Shown here: positions 15,201-27,200 of the stretch, piece by piece | How the letters are laid out: each line of letters starts with the position of its first letter | Numbering within the stretch: the first letter of the stretch is position 1 | Assembly: GCA_965649765.1 (NCBI GenBank) | Contig: OZ287749.1 | Span: forward strand, 10,354,001-10,418,000 | Direction of reading: 5' to 3' | Origin: Bispira polyomma | Taxonomy: Eukaryota | DNA length: 64,000 nt | Notes under the pieces: generated by a model | Databases searched by the model: none | Told to the model about the DNA's origin: nothing | The model's input: the letters and a program-made list of their open reading frames with translations, nothing else | Made by a program: the position numbers and the translations under genes

Positions 15201-18200
15201 CATTACATTGTCTTATTATTCTTTGCTATGTCGTCGTGTAATGCAATGTTAAAATACTGATTATTGTTTACTATGCCTAAGAGTATTGATTATGTATCCC
15301 TCCTCTAAGAATGGATTACGTTATTGAAATTTAATGTGAACTAAAGACTCAGAGCCACCCCTAAAGTTTAAGATGAATCAAGAAAAAGTGGTGAAAAAAT
15401 AACAGGAATTTAGGTAAATAATGGAAATTATTGTCACAATAACTTCAATTTCAACAAATATTAACCACAATTCTACCAAAAACACAACATTTTCTAGGTG
15501 GGGAATTTTAGATATAGTGGCGAATTTTAGATTCCTTACTTTAACTTCCTCCTTGTGTGGCTTATAAGTATTCTTACTCTCTTTTTCAGACGTCACGGAT
15601 GATCCTGGGAATCAGGTAAAGCTTAATTTATATAACACATTCAAACTAACTGATGGTACACTTAGATCTAACATAGTCAATAATGTCCTCATACAGAGGC
15701 CCCACTGAATATTAAAACTCTGGTCAGTAATGTCCTTATACAGAGTACTGAGTATTAAAACTCTGGTCATAAAAACAAGCACAAAAGTATACTAGATCTA
15801 AGGCCAAGTCTTGGCTTAGCCCTTTTGTAAATACCACCAGAGTCACACAAACCAGTCACTAACATCCTTATACATACCAGTTATGTAAAGCATGCAATAA
15901 AGCTGGTATACACCAGGGGCCGTATTCACTGACAGGCTCAGCCAAGTCTCAGGCTTATATCTTGCACAAAGGTACATACTAGATTTAAGCCTAAGACTTG
16001 GCTGAGTCTGTTGGTAAATACGGGCCCAGTCATGCAAACCGGTCACATGAAGCAGAGAAAAAATGTCCACATACAAACCAGTCCCGAACACAGACAATAA
16101 TGTCCTCTAGCCCCAACCATGCACACCGGTCATGAACACACATACTGTATGTATAATGACCTTATACATACCAGCTATACAAATGGGTCACACATAGTGG
16201 TCAATAACATTGACATTTAGTGTACTCTGTTTGTGTTTTAGACTGACCACCACAGTCACAGCTCTGTGTCCAGTTCGGAGAGATCCCTTTCCTGTTCGCC
16301 TTCCGAATCCTATGCCAGCATGTACACGAGTGACGTGGCAGACTCTTATTCCAGAGACGAGACAGTTAGCATAGACAACAAGCCCATCGACGGAGCGGAT
16401 GGACCAGAGATCAATGATGTGAGTAATCGTTTACAGTGGTAGAATTCTGAATGTGTTACAGTTTACAGTGGTACATGTATGAATTGGTTAAAGTTTACAG
16501 TGGTACATGTATGAATTGATTAAAGTTTACAGTGGTACATGTATAAATGGGTTACAGTTTACAGTGGTACATGTCTGAATTGGTTAAAGTTTACAGTGGT
16601 ACATGTATAAATGGGTTACAGTTTACAGTGGTATATGTCTGAATGGGTTACAGTTCACAATGGTACATGTCTGAATGGGTTTCACACTCTTGCATTAACA
16701 CGCCTATCTTTACTGTATTCACACTTATATACCATTATACGCCCCTATCTTTACAGTATTCACACTTATATACCATTATACACCCCCATCTATACCGTAT
16801 TCACACTTTCAGGTGGTCGTGGTGTTTGTGAAGTCCCCAGACGAGTGTCTCCCTCACTGTTGTACCCAGAAGTGTGGTTTCTGTAAGATTATTGATGAAA
16901 CAATGCTGGGCAAGGCTTGGTGGACGTTCAGATGTTACATGTACAAACTGGTGGAGCACAAATACTTTGAAACCTTTATCATCATCATGATCATTATCAG
17001 TAGTCTGGCTCTGGTAAGTGTCTATACACTGCTACACAATAGTGTACAATTGTACAATATTCCTATTAACCTGCCTATTCCTATTAGCCAATAAAGTAAA
17101 GAATGTGAGTATCACTTCTTACTCCCTCGTTTCCTTTGAAGATCCTACTTCTAATATACATCGATCTTGCTACCTTTATATTTGCGACCTTAAGAGAATC
17201 AGAAAACACCTATCCCATCAAACTGCCTGATTGTTGTCTTACCAACCAATATGAGATCCCAGGAAACTCTCTCTGGCTTCAGAAGTAACAATAAAACCCA
17301 GAGCACAAAGTTGCATTGGAAACGGACTATGATTTTAACAACTTTATCAATGATCTTGTGCTTTAGATGATGCCTGGCATCAATTAGGTGTGTTAAAAAT
17401 CAAAATATATGATTTAAAGGGAAACATGTACACCATCAAACTTTTGTTTAGGGTATAACAACAAATAGCGTCGAGTTATCTGCCCTAGTTTTTGTGTTGA
17501 CATACTTGTATATCTATCTGTGTATGTTGTAGGCGGCAGAAGACGTTGACCTCCCTACGAGGCCCTACTTACAACTCGCTCTACAGATCATGGACAAATG
17601 CTTCACTGTGATTTTTGTCGCTGAGATGATCATCAAGTGGTTTGCTTTTGGCTTCAAGAAGTACTTCACTGACGCTTGGTGTTGGCTGGATTTTGTCATA
17701 GTGGCTGTAAGTGTGGGGCTTACGGTTAGATCAGGAGGGAAGGGGTGGGAGGGTGGAGGGGGAAGGTAAAGCGTGGATTTTGTCATATTGGCAGTAAGTG
17801 TGGGGATTAGGGAGGTAATGGCTGGATTTTGTTATAGTGGTAGTAAGTGTTGGAGATTAGTCTTAGGAGGTAATGGCTGGATTTTGTTATAGTGGTAGTA
17901 AGTGTTGGGGACTAGTGTTAAGGTGGTAGTTGTGGATTTTGTTACAGTGGCTCTAAGTTGGGGATTTGGGTTGGGGTAAGGTAAATAACTGGATTTTGTT
18001 ATTATGGCAGTAAATGTGGAAGATAAAGGTTAGTGTTATTATGGCAGTAAATGTGGAAGATAAAGGTTAGTGTTAGTGCTAGGAGGGTAGTGGGGTTGTG
18101 AGTGTTCTAGTATTGATTTTAGAGTGTGGTAGGTACAGATGTTCAGTTAGGGAGAGGGCGATATAGAGATACATTTCAGATTGTGTATTTAAAACCACTT

Positions 18201-21200
18201 TGGTATCACAGCTTAATTCTTGTATTTTATTAACATTATTTGAAGAATTTATTTAAACTGGGAAGCCTCAATTCACCAGACCAACTCCCTAAGCACAACA
18301 CCTCACAAGACCATTTCTTTCCTTGTTGTCTTTGCATCAAACAATTTTAAACTCTCCATGTGCTGCAGCAGCCAGCCTACTTATCATCTATGTTGTCTCC
18401 CAACAATCTCACCAGAGAAATCATCTTTCCACTTCTGACTGAACTCTGATCACTAACCTTTTCTGCTATCAGACTATTATTTTGCCTATTGACTGGGACA
18501 TGTTCCACAGAGGGTACCTGATACTATAGAAGTTAAAGATTAACAATTAACATTTGATTATTTGCTATCTTATAGGACTTTCCTTTCTAGTAAAATAAAC
18601 ACGTCCAGAGGAGTCATTCATCAATTTTCGGTGTGACATAAAATACTTACAATGAATCAGATATAAATAATAACAATACAGTGAAACGTGTGTGTACAGT
18701 TCACCAAGAGGAACCCAAAAAAGCGGCCTTTATATAATAGGTGGTCTTTATAAAGAGGTTGAATATTGTTATAAACACTAGTCTTTAAGAAATGAAGGTG
18801 TGTTCTTTATACAGAGGTTGGTCTCTCTACAGAGGTGGTTTCTAGAGCAGGGTGTGACCTGTAATTGTGTTTGCTTTTGTTTTCTCCTAGGTGTCACTGG
18901 TGTCCCTTGCTGCAGAGAGTATTGGGTTGAATGAGATTGGTGCCTTCAAGGCTCTTCGTACACTGCGTGCCCTGCGTCCCCTGCGTGCGGTCTCGAGGTG
19001 GGAGGGCATGAAGGTGGTGGTCAATGCCCTGATCGGGGCCATCCCATCTATTGCTAACGTTCTGCTGGTCTGCCTGGTATTCTGGCTCATCTTTGCCATC
19101 ATGGGGGTGCAGCTGTTTTCAGGAAGGTGAGTGGTGCCGCCTAGTGGTGTAAACTAAGACTATTACAGGAAGGTGAGTGGTGCCACCAAGTGGTGTAAAC
19201 TACGACTATTACAGAAAGGTGAGTGGTGCCACCTAGTGGTATAAATTAGGACTATTACAGGAAGGTGAGTGGTGCTGCCTAGTGGTGCAAACTAAGACTA
19301 TTACAGGAAAGTGAGTGGCGCCGCCTAGTGGTGTAAACTAACAAGGTGAGTGGTGCCGCTTAGTGGTGTAAACTAACAAGGCGAGTGGTGCCACCTAGTG
19401 GTGTAAACTAACAAGGTGAGTGGCGCCGCCTAGTGGTGTCAGGTAAGGTCATCGAGTGGAGTGCCAATCGTAGCTGCTGTTGTTAGCCGCTATAGTAATG
19501 TTTTCAGGGCTAATAATAGGAGCCAGTTGATATTATGTTAATGATGAACAACAGTCAGTGCCAGTTGCCTGTTTGTCAGTATATTGAAAAAACTTTGTGT
19601 TAAAACAAGAAATATATCCTTAGCCATAGGGTGGGTTATCAGCTACATCCAAAACACAGGCTAAATGTGAAAGAAAACTGAATGTGTTGACAGGTTCGGG
19701 GAGTGTGTGAACACAGAAGGAGAGCGGCTTAATGCAACAGAAGTGGCTAACAAATCAGTGTGTGACAACCTGACAGTCAGCATGAACTACACGTGGAGGA
19801 GTCCCATTGTGAACTTTGACAATGCCCTCAACTCTTACCTGGCTCTGCTCCAAGTGGTAAGTGTGTGTCAGTTAGTGCAAGTACCGGTCAGAGAGTGACA
19901 TAGTAGAAGTAGCGGTCAGTTTATTAAAATAGTACAACTACTGGTCAGTCTGTTAACATAGTACAACTACTGCTCAGTCTGTTAACATAGTACAACTACT
20001 GCTCAGTCTGTTAACATAGTACAACTACTGCTCAGTCTGTTAAAATGGTACAACTACTGCTCAGTCTGTTAAAATAGTACAACTACTGGTTAGTTTGTTA
20101 AAATAGTACAACTACTGGTCAGTCTGTTAAAATAATACAACTACTGGTCAGTCTGTTAAAATAGTACAACTACTGCTCAGTCTGTTAAAATAGTACAACT
20201 ACTGGTAGGTCAATCTGCGACCTTGGATCTGTCTCAAACTTCATGTGATATTAGGTCTTCATAGATTTTATCTGACCTTGGATCTGTCTCTATAACTTTA
20301 CGTAACCTTAGGTTTTTCATTGATTTCACAAGACCTTGAATCTGTTGTTGACGTCATCTGAACTAAGGTGTTTAATAGGTGTCATGTGACCTTGGATCTG
20401 TCTTTAACTTCATGTGACCTTAGGTGTTTGATAGATTTCATGTGACCTTGGATCTGTTTATAACTTCATGTGACCTTAGGTGTTTGATAGATGTCATGTG
20501 ACATTCGATCTGTGATGGACTTTATGTGACCTTAGGTGTTTGATTGATTTCATGTGACCTTGGATCTGTGATAGACTTCATGTATCAATGTTGATATGTG
20601 TTGACATTGTATAAGTTGGGTCAACAACTGATCATATGTGACTTTTAAAGTAGATATTCGTGTATTTACTAGCGTTGTTGATAGTAAGATTAAAGCTAAT
20701 CTAAAGCTACTTGTTTTGATTTTATTTACTGATGTTGGGAGTGTAATTAGAAGTGGGTCGTTGTTATTGAAATTGTTTTAATGTTAATTATTGTTAATTC
20801 TCATTATAGATATGTTTAACACACAACATGACCAGTTTTCACCTATTGCTTCATTAGTTGTGTGTTAACTAACTGCACCAGGGGCCGTAGTCACAAAAGG
20901 TCTTAGTGTAAACTTAGTGTTAACCTTAAGATTAAGTGTTTGGTTTTGGCCAAAACTGTGAAGATTTTGGTCTTAGTCGCTGTGACCATAAAGAACAAAT
21001 AGCTTTGGTTTGTGTTAACCTTGCACTCATCATAAAGAAAAAAAAGTAGGCAGTCTTAAATATTTTAGACATCAAAGTAAGACTAAGTTAAGACTTAAAG
21101 AGCTTTTGGTGAATGTGGCCCCTGGTGTCCTAGTTTTTAGGTGTTCCTGGCAGGAGGTGGCTGTCACTTAAAGTATGTTTACACACACACCCGTTTGAAG

Positions 21201-24200
21201 GTTCGAAATACTACAAGTCAAAAATGAGTGTATATAGTGGCTGTACAACAAACAATTATTCCATCTTTTAAAGATGCAATACGAAGTCTTACTGGAAACC
21301 AATATTGCATATCCTGCAACACACAAAGCGGAGAGCAATAATAACGGTTTTAAGATATGATTTCAGTGTTTGACAATACAATGGCATTTAAAAATAAATA
21401 AATTAATAAATTTTTGCCTGCAAAACAATTAAACACTCAAAACAATATCAACATTTTTCAGTTCTGGAATACACCTGCTCAATCACCTGTTAATAATATC
21501 AAGAGTATGTCTTTGAACCAATCCAACAGTAGAACGAATATCATAAAATAATGTAAGATGCCTGGATCCCCGGAATCATACTCAGATATAACTACACCAC
21601 CCTGTCTTGTGTTTGTACCAGTTATATTGATTTATACAGTAGAACCTCTATTATCGGAATTTATATTAATCAAATATCTCATTTTATGAACATACTTTCA
21701 CTTAAATGCCTTTTCGATTTTATAAAACCTTTCTTTCTATCTAAAAACCAAAATGTTGCTCTCCTAACAAGTTCAGATGATAGAGGTGTTTGCTGTACTA
21801 TAAAGTGGGGTCCAATATTTACATAACTTATATGAACTGTAATTCTTATTATATCAAGGCTGTAATTGTCTGCTTCACTTTTTGTAGAATCAATTATTTC
21901 CCTATTTGCATGTTTTATTATAATAAAGTATGAATGTAAAGCTATGTTATATATGCATATATATATATATTGTTACTATTATTTTAAACAAAACGCATCC
22001 TGCAAAGAAGTGACATCTGATTAAGACCACAATTTGATCTGTATGACATGTAGGCTAAAGGGTATCGGTAAGAAAAGAATCAAAATTTCACAATGCTACT
22101 GAGGTATGTCTAATGTATTTGAAAATATGGTCGTCATCCCCCTTATATCATGACTCCCCTTTACCTTCCATCACTGGTGAGGCTCGGACCATGCCTCTCC
22201 CCCTCCTCCTGTTTTTTTACTTGGCATTGTATTTGTACATCGCCGCCGCCACTCGGATCACTACAGCAGTCCGAGATATAGTAGGTACCTGACCACAGTG
22301 TGTTCTGGCTGACCCACTCCCCAACACATTTGTCTGTTTGACTGATGCATGACTTTTCTTACAGGCTACGTTTAAGGGCTGGATACCCATCATGGATGAT
22401 GCAGTTGATAGCCAGGGGGTAGGCATCGACATGTGTGTGTGTGTGTGTGGGTGTGTGTGTGGGTGGGCCTCTCTGTCTCCAGTCATCTCTATAGCCACCA
22501 TTACAGGCACACTCTGTCAAGGTTCATATAGTAGAATTATGATTTTGTTAGAGAAATTAAGAATGTGTTTACATCTGGTCACATGATGCCAATATGTCTG
22601 TAATCTGGCTGCAGAGAGGCTGGAGTTGTAGTTATACTTGTATTTCACATTTTCATACATTCCCATTTCTTAGTGGGGACTTTACACTGTATGGGGGTTA
22701 ACATTTACTGTGTGGAGGTTAACATTCAACCTGTGTGGGGGGTTAACATTCACACTGTGTGGGAGTTAACATTTAACTTGTCTGTGGGGGCCAACATTTG
22801 ACTTGTTTGGGGGTTAACATTTAACCTGTGTGGGGGGTTAACAATCACACTGTGTGGGTGTCAACATTTAACTTGTTTGGGGGTTAACATTTAACCTGTG
22901 TGGGGGTTAACATTCAACCTGTGGGGATTTAACATGCAACCTGTAGGGTTAACATTTAATGTGTGAGGGGGTGTTGATATTTAGCCTGAGTGGGGTTGAT
23001 ACTGTTTTGGTTTAACTTTTACACTGTGTGGGATTAATATTTACACTGCTTGGGTGCTAACATTCACTGACTGTGCGGGTTTACATTCACATTTTGTGGG
23101 GGTTAACATTCACGTTTTGTGAAGTTAATATTCACATTTTGTAGGGGTTAACATTCATTTTTATATGGGTTAACCTTTCACCCTGTGTGGGTTGTCAACC
23201 AGCCAGCCATGGTTTCTATCAGTTTTAACTGCTTTGTACAAAAACTACTGCTGTGTAATAAATCAGTGTGTCGAGGGTGTCTGATAGTGTCTTAACTTGA
23301 CCTAACCAACCAAGCATGTTGATAATTGTACCAAAGAGAACTATATGTCTGGCATGTGTAAAATGTACACTCAATATGTTATCTAACCATTTATTCGGCA
23401 AATGGAGACAGGTGTGTTACAATTTAAACCACATCTCAATATTAAGATCAGGACAATAATCGCTTACCACAAACAAAATTCAATAGATAGCAGATGTACT
23501 TGTGCCCGGAAACGGATTTTCACCAAAAGAAAGCAAAAAGACCACACTTATACAAAATGTTTCATTTTAACAAGAATGTTTTTTTATGAAAAAATATTAA
23601 ACAATTTTCCAATTTTTGACTTGTCTGGTGAGCTACTGTTTTGTACCCCCTGTAGAATAAGTATCAGTTCACACTGTATTCAGACACCTTCTCAAGCATT
23701 GAATACGTTTCAACTTTCTCTGTTTTTTTCAGGCTTTTATATCTGACTGTGTTTCTAAGCACTCTGTGTTCATTGATCTCCCTCTTTTTGTGATATATTT
23801 CAGAAATGTTTTTTAAACTCTTCTCTTTGTTTTCTGGTTGATGTTAATTAGATTTGTTAGAAAATGACAGGGCATTCTGGCAGGAAGCAGAAAGTCTTTG
23901 TCTATTTATAGCTCTATAGGTGTGAGTGGGAGTGGTGAGGTGATATCAGTCTGTCCGTGTTACGATATGTTACAAGTGTAGGTGTCTGAGGTATTAATCT
24001 TCGTTTCCATGTCGGAATCAGCAATGTTTGATGGCAATTGACAATTTATGTTATTTTAAGACAAATGGATACCTGCATGTAAACTTAAATATTTTAGCCA
24101 TTTCTCAACCGATTTTGATGCAACAAAATGAACAATAAACAAGAGCATTTTTAAATATAAACTCTATGAAGCTGTGGGGGACCTTACTCCATCAGAATAA

Positions 24201-27200
24201 CCCATAAATTCTTTTTACATTAGAGGTGTCCGACCCAAAAAACCTGTACCAATTTACCACCTGGTTGTGGCGAAATCCTAAATTCTATAATTAGTTCAGC
24301 TATGACGCACTACCGAAAACGATCATCACAGAAGTAAAAAGGGTGTGCGAGCCTTTTCAACATAAAACACTGTATTTCTATATCAATTATTTTTTTTTAT
24401 AAAAAACATTCTGTCAGTCCACCTATATAAGAGAATAATAATATATTCACCACAAATATAAGGCAAATATAACATTAAGAACGATAAAACAAGATATATC
24501 TTTTAAAAATATTATCATTTAAGTCTAACACCCCCCTACATGATTTTATCTTTAACGGGTCATACAAAAAGGCCGCGCCCAGCTAACCCCCAAGGGTAAG
24601 GTCTCTGACCAAAAAAATAGACACAGTCCCAAACGAATGATAGAATAGGAATTATTTTTGTCTTGCATTTATCTGTCGGGGTATTTGTCTATGCGAGTAA
24701 GTCTATGTGTGGGTGGGTGTATGTGTGAGTGAGTGTATGGTGAATGTATGGGTGGGTGAGTGTATGTGTACATGTATTTCTCTCTGTATGTCTCTATGTC
24801 GGTGTGTGTGTCTGTCTGCGTATTTGTCTGTGTGGGTGAGTGTATATGTACAGGCAGAAGCATAAATCAATTAATGGACCTAATTTCACTGAATTTTTCA
24901 CTCTCAACCACCTGTAATTTTGTACATATTCAACACATGTCATTTCCTGATGGCTCAATGTATAGGTGTGTATCTTAGTTATTACAATGTACAGTACCAT
25001 AAGTATCACTACAATACAAATATAACTTTATCATGCTTCATAGGGCAATATCACATAATCAGTTTATGGCCCTATTCTGCACCAAGTGAACTGTACGGCT
25101 CAGTGTGTGAGTTTTGAGTCCACTGCGTTATGCTACCATGACATGTACATGTATTACCCAATTACCATGTATGGTAGTACATGAACCTAACTATGTTGTA
25201 CAGTAAGTGTTCAAACATATTAAAATGATACACACATAGTAACCTATATAATTATGGGCTTGAAAGGCCATTTAAATGTTTTTTGTATTAATATAAACCT
25301 CTGAAATATATCTCTAAATAAACTTAGGTATGTAAAACATAAGAAACGCCATCTTTATATTTATTTTATAGGGGATAATTTATGTTAATAGTCCCTGTGT
25401 ATGTGTATGTGTGTGTGTGTGTGTGTCTGGGTATTTGTCTGTGTATATGTGTGTGTATGTCCCTCTGTGCATTTTATCTGTGTGTGTATGTATCTGTATA
25501 TGTCAGTATGTCAGTTCTATCACCAAGCCACTCCAACCCTCTTCCACACAATGAACACTACAAACTATAGTTGTGGTACTACTCGAGTCACACACCATAC
25601 ACCACAGAGGTCACATGATGTGAGCTGGTCATGTAACCTCCAGCTGTGCGTGCTCTCTAGTGTATCATGTGACCCCCCTTGTACGCTCTCTTTGTCTTTC
25701 TCTCTCTGTCCATCGCTAGGCCACGTTTAAAGGTTGGCTTCCGATCATGGATGATTCCGTGGACTCGAGAGACGTGAGTAGTCTTCTTACAGCCACGGCA
25801 CACACACCAACACCTTAGAGCAGACGTTTTGACCAGTTGTTTTGTTATTTTTCTTCTCTACCACTTTTTATGTATGTTTAGCCTTAGTTGTATTTTATAA
25901 TCAGGGCAAACTGTGCAGCCAGTGGAGCCTATAAACTACAGACACACTCTGTCTGTCGATTTGGTCAGAGCCTGCCACAGTTTGCCCCCTCTTATTGAAC
26001 ACTTGTCTATTTTTGCACCTGCTTGCCTTTGATTGGGGTGATTAGACTCTTTGTGCTGCACTTTGTAGGCCACCTTTAAGGGCTGGACTCCTATCATGGA
26101 GGACGCAGTGGATACAGTAGGGGAGGTGAGTCTGGGGGGGCGGGGGTATAACTAATGTGTGGGACTGACCGTTACAGTGCATTGACCATTACTCTGGACA
26201 CAGTGGGAGGACGTGAGTCTGGGGTGGTCGGGTATAACTAATGTCTGGGACTGACCGTTACAGTGGACTGACCATTACAATGGACACAATGGGGGCAGGT
26301 GAGTCCGGGGTCGGGTATAACTAATGTCTGGTACAGTGGGCATACAAACTATAGGTCAACAGGTGAGATAGTGACCACTAAAGTGGACAGTTGTACATTC
26401 TGACAGGTGAGATAGTGACCACTAAAGTGGACAGTTGTACATCCTGACAGGTGAGATAGTGACCACTAGAGTGATCAGTTGTACATCCTGACAGGTGAGA
26501 TAGTGACCACTGGAGTGGATATTTGTACACCCAGACAGGTGAGATAGTGACCACTGGAGTGGACAGTTGTACACCCAGACAGGCAAGATAGTGACCACTA
26601 AAGTGGACAGTTGTACATCCTGACAGGTGAGATAGTGACCACTGGAGTGGACAGTTGTACACCCAGACAGGTAAGATAGTGACCACTAAAGTGGACAGTT
26701 GTACATCCTGACAGGTGAGATAGTGACCACTGGAGTGGACAGTTGTACACCCAGACAGGTAAGATAGTGACCACTAAAGTGGACAGTTGTACATCCTGAC
26801 AGGTGAGATAGTGACCACTGGAGTGGACAGTTGTACACCCAGACAGGCAAGATAGTGACCTCTAGTGTGGACAGTTCTACATTCTGACAGGTGAGATAGT
26901 GACCTCTAGAGTGGACATGTGTACACCCAGACAGGTGAAATAGTGACCTCTAGAGTGGACAGTTGTACACCCAGACAGGTGAGATAGTGACCTCTAGAGT
27001 GGACAGTTGTACATTCTGACAGGTTAGATAGTGACCTCTAGACTGGACATGTGTACACCCAGACAGGTGTGATAGTGACTTCCAGAATGGACAGTTGTAC
27101 ATCCTGACAGGTGAGATAGTAACCTCTAGAGGGGACATGTGTACACCCAGACAGGTGAGATAGTGACCTCTAGAGTGGACAGTTGTACACCCAGACAGGT

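Noticed and set aside
17100-17300. Short L2/CR1-like peptide remnants (also ~34250-34600)
   Set aside because: Too degraded to delimit or classify by eye.
20215-20580. TCATGTGACC repeats complementary to GGTCACATGA near exons A and B as a docking-selector system
   Set aside because: Short motif that recurs elsewhere in the window (e.g. ~1042, ~28673); chance pairing cannot be excluded without conservation data.
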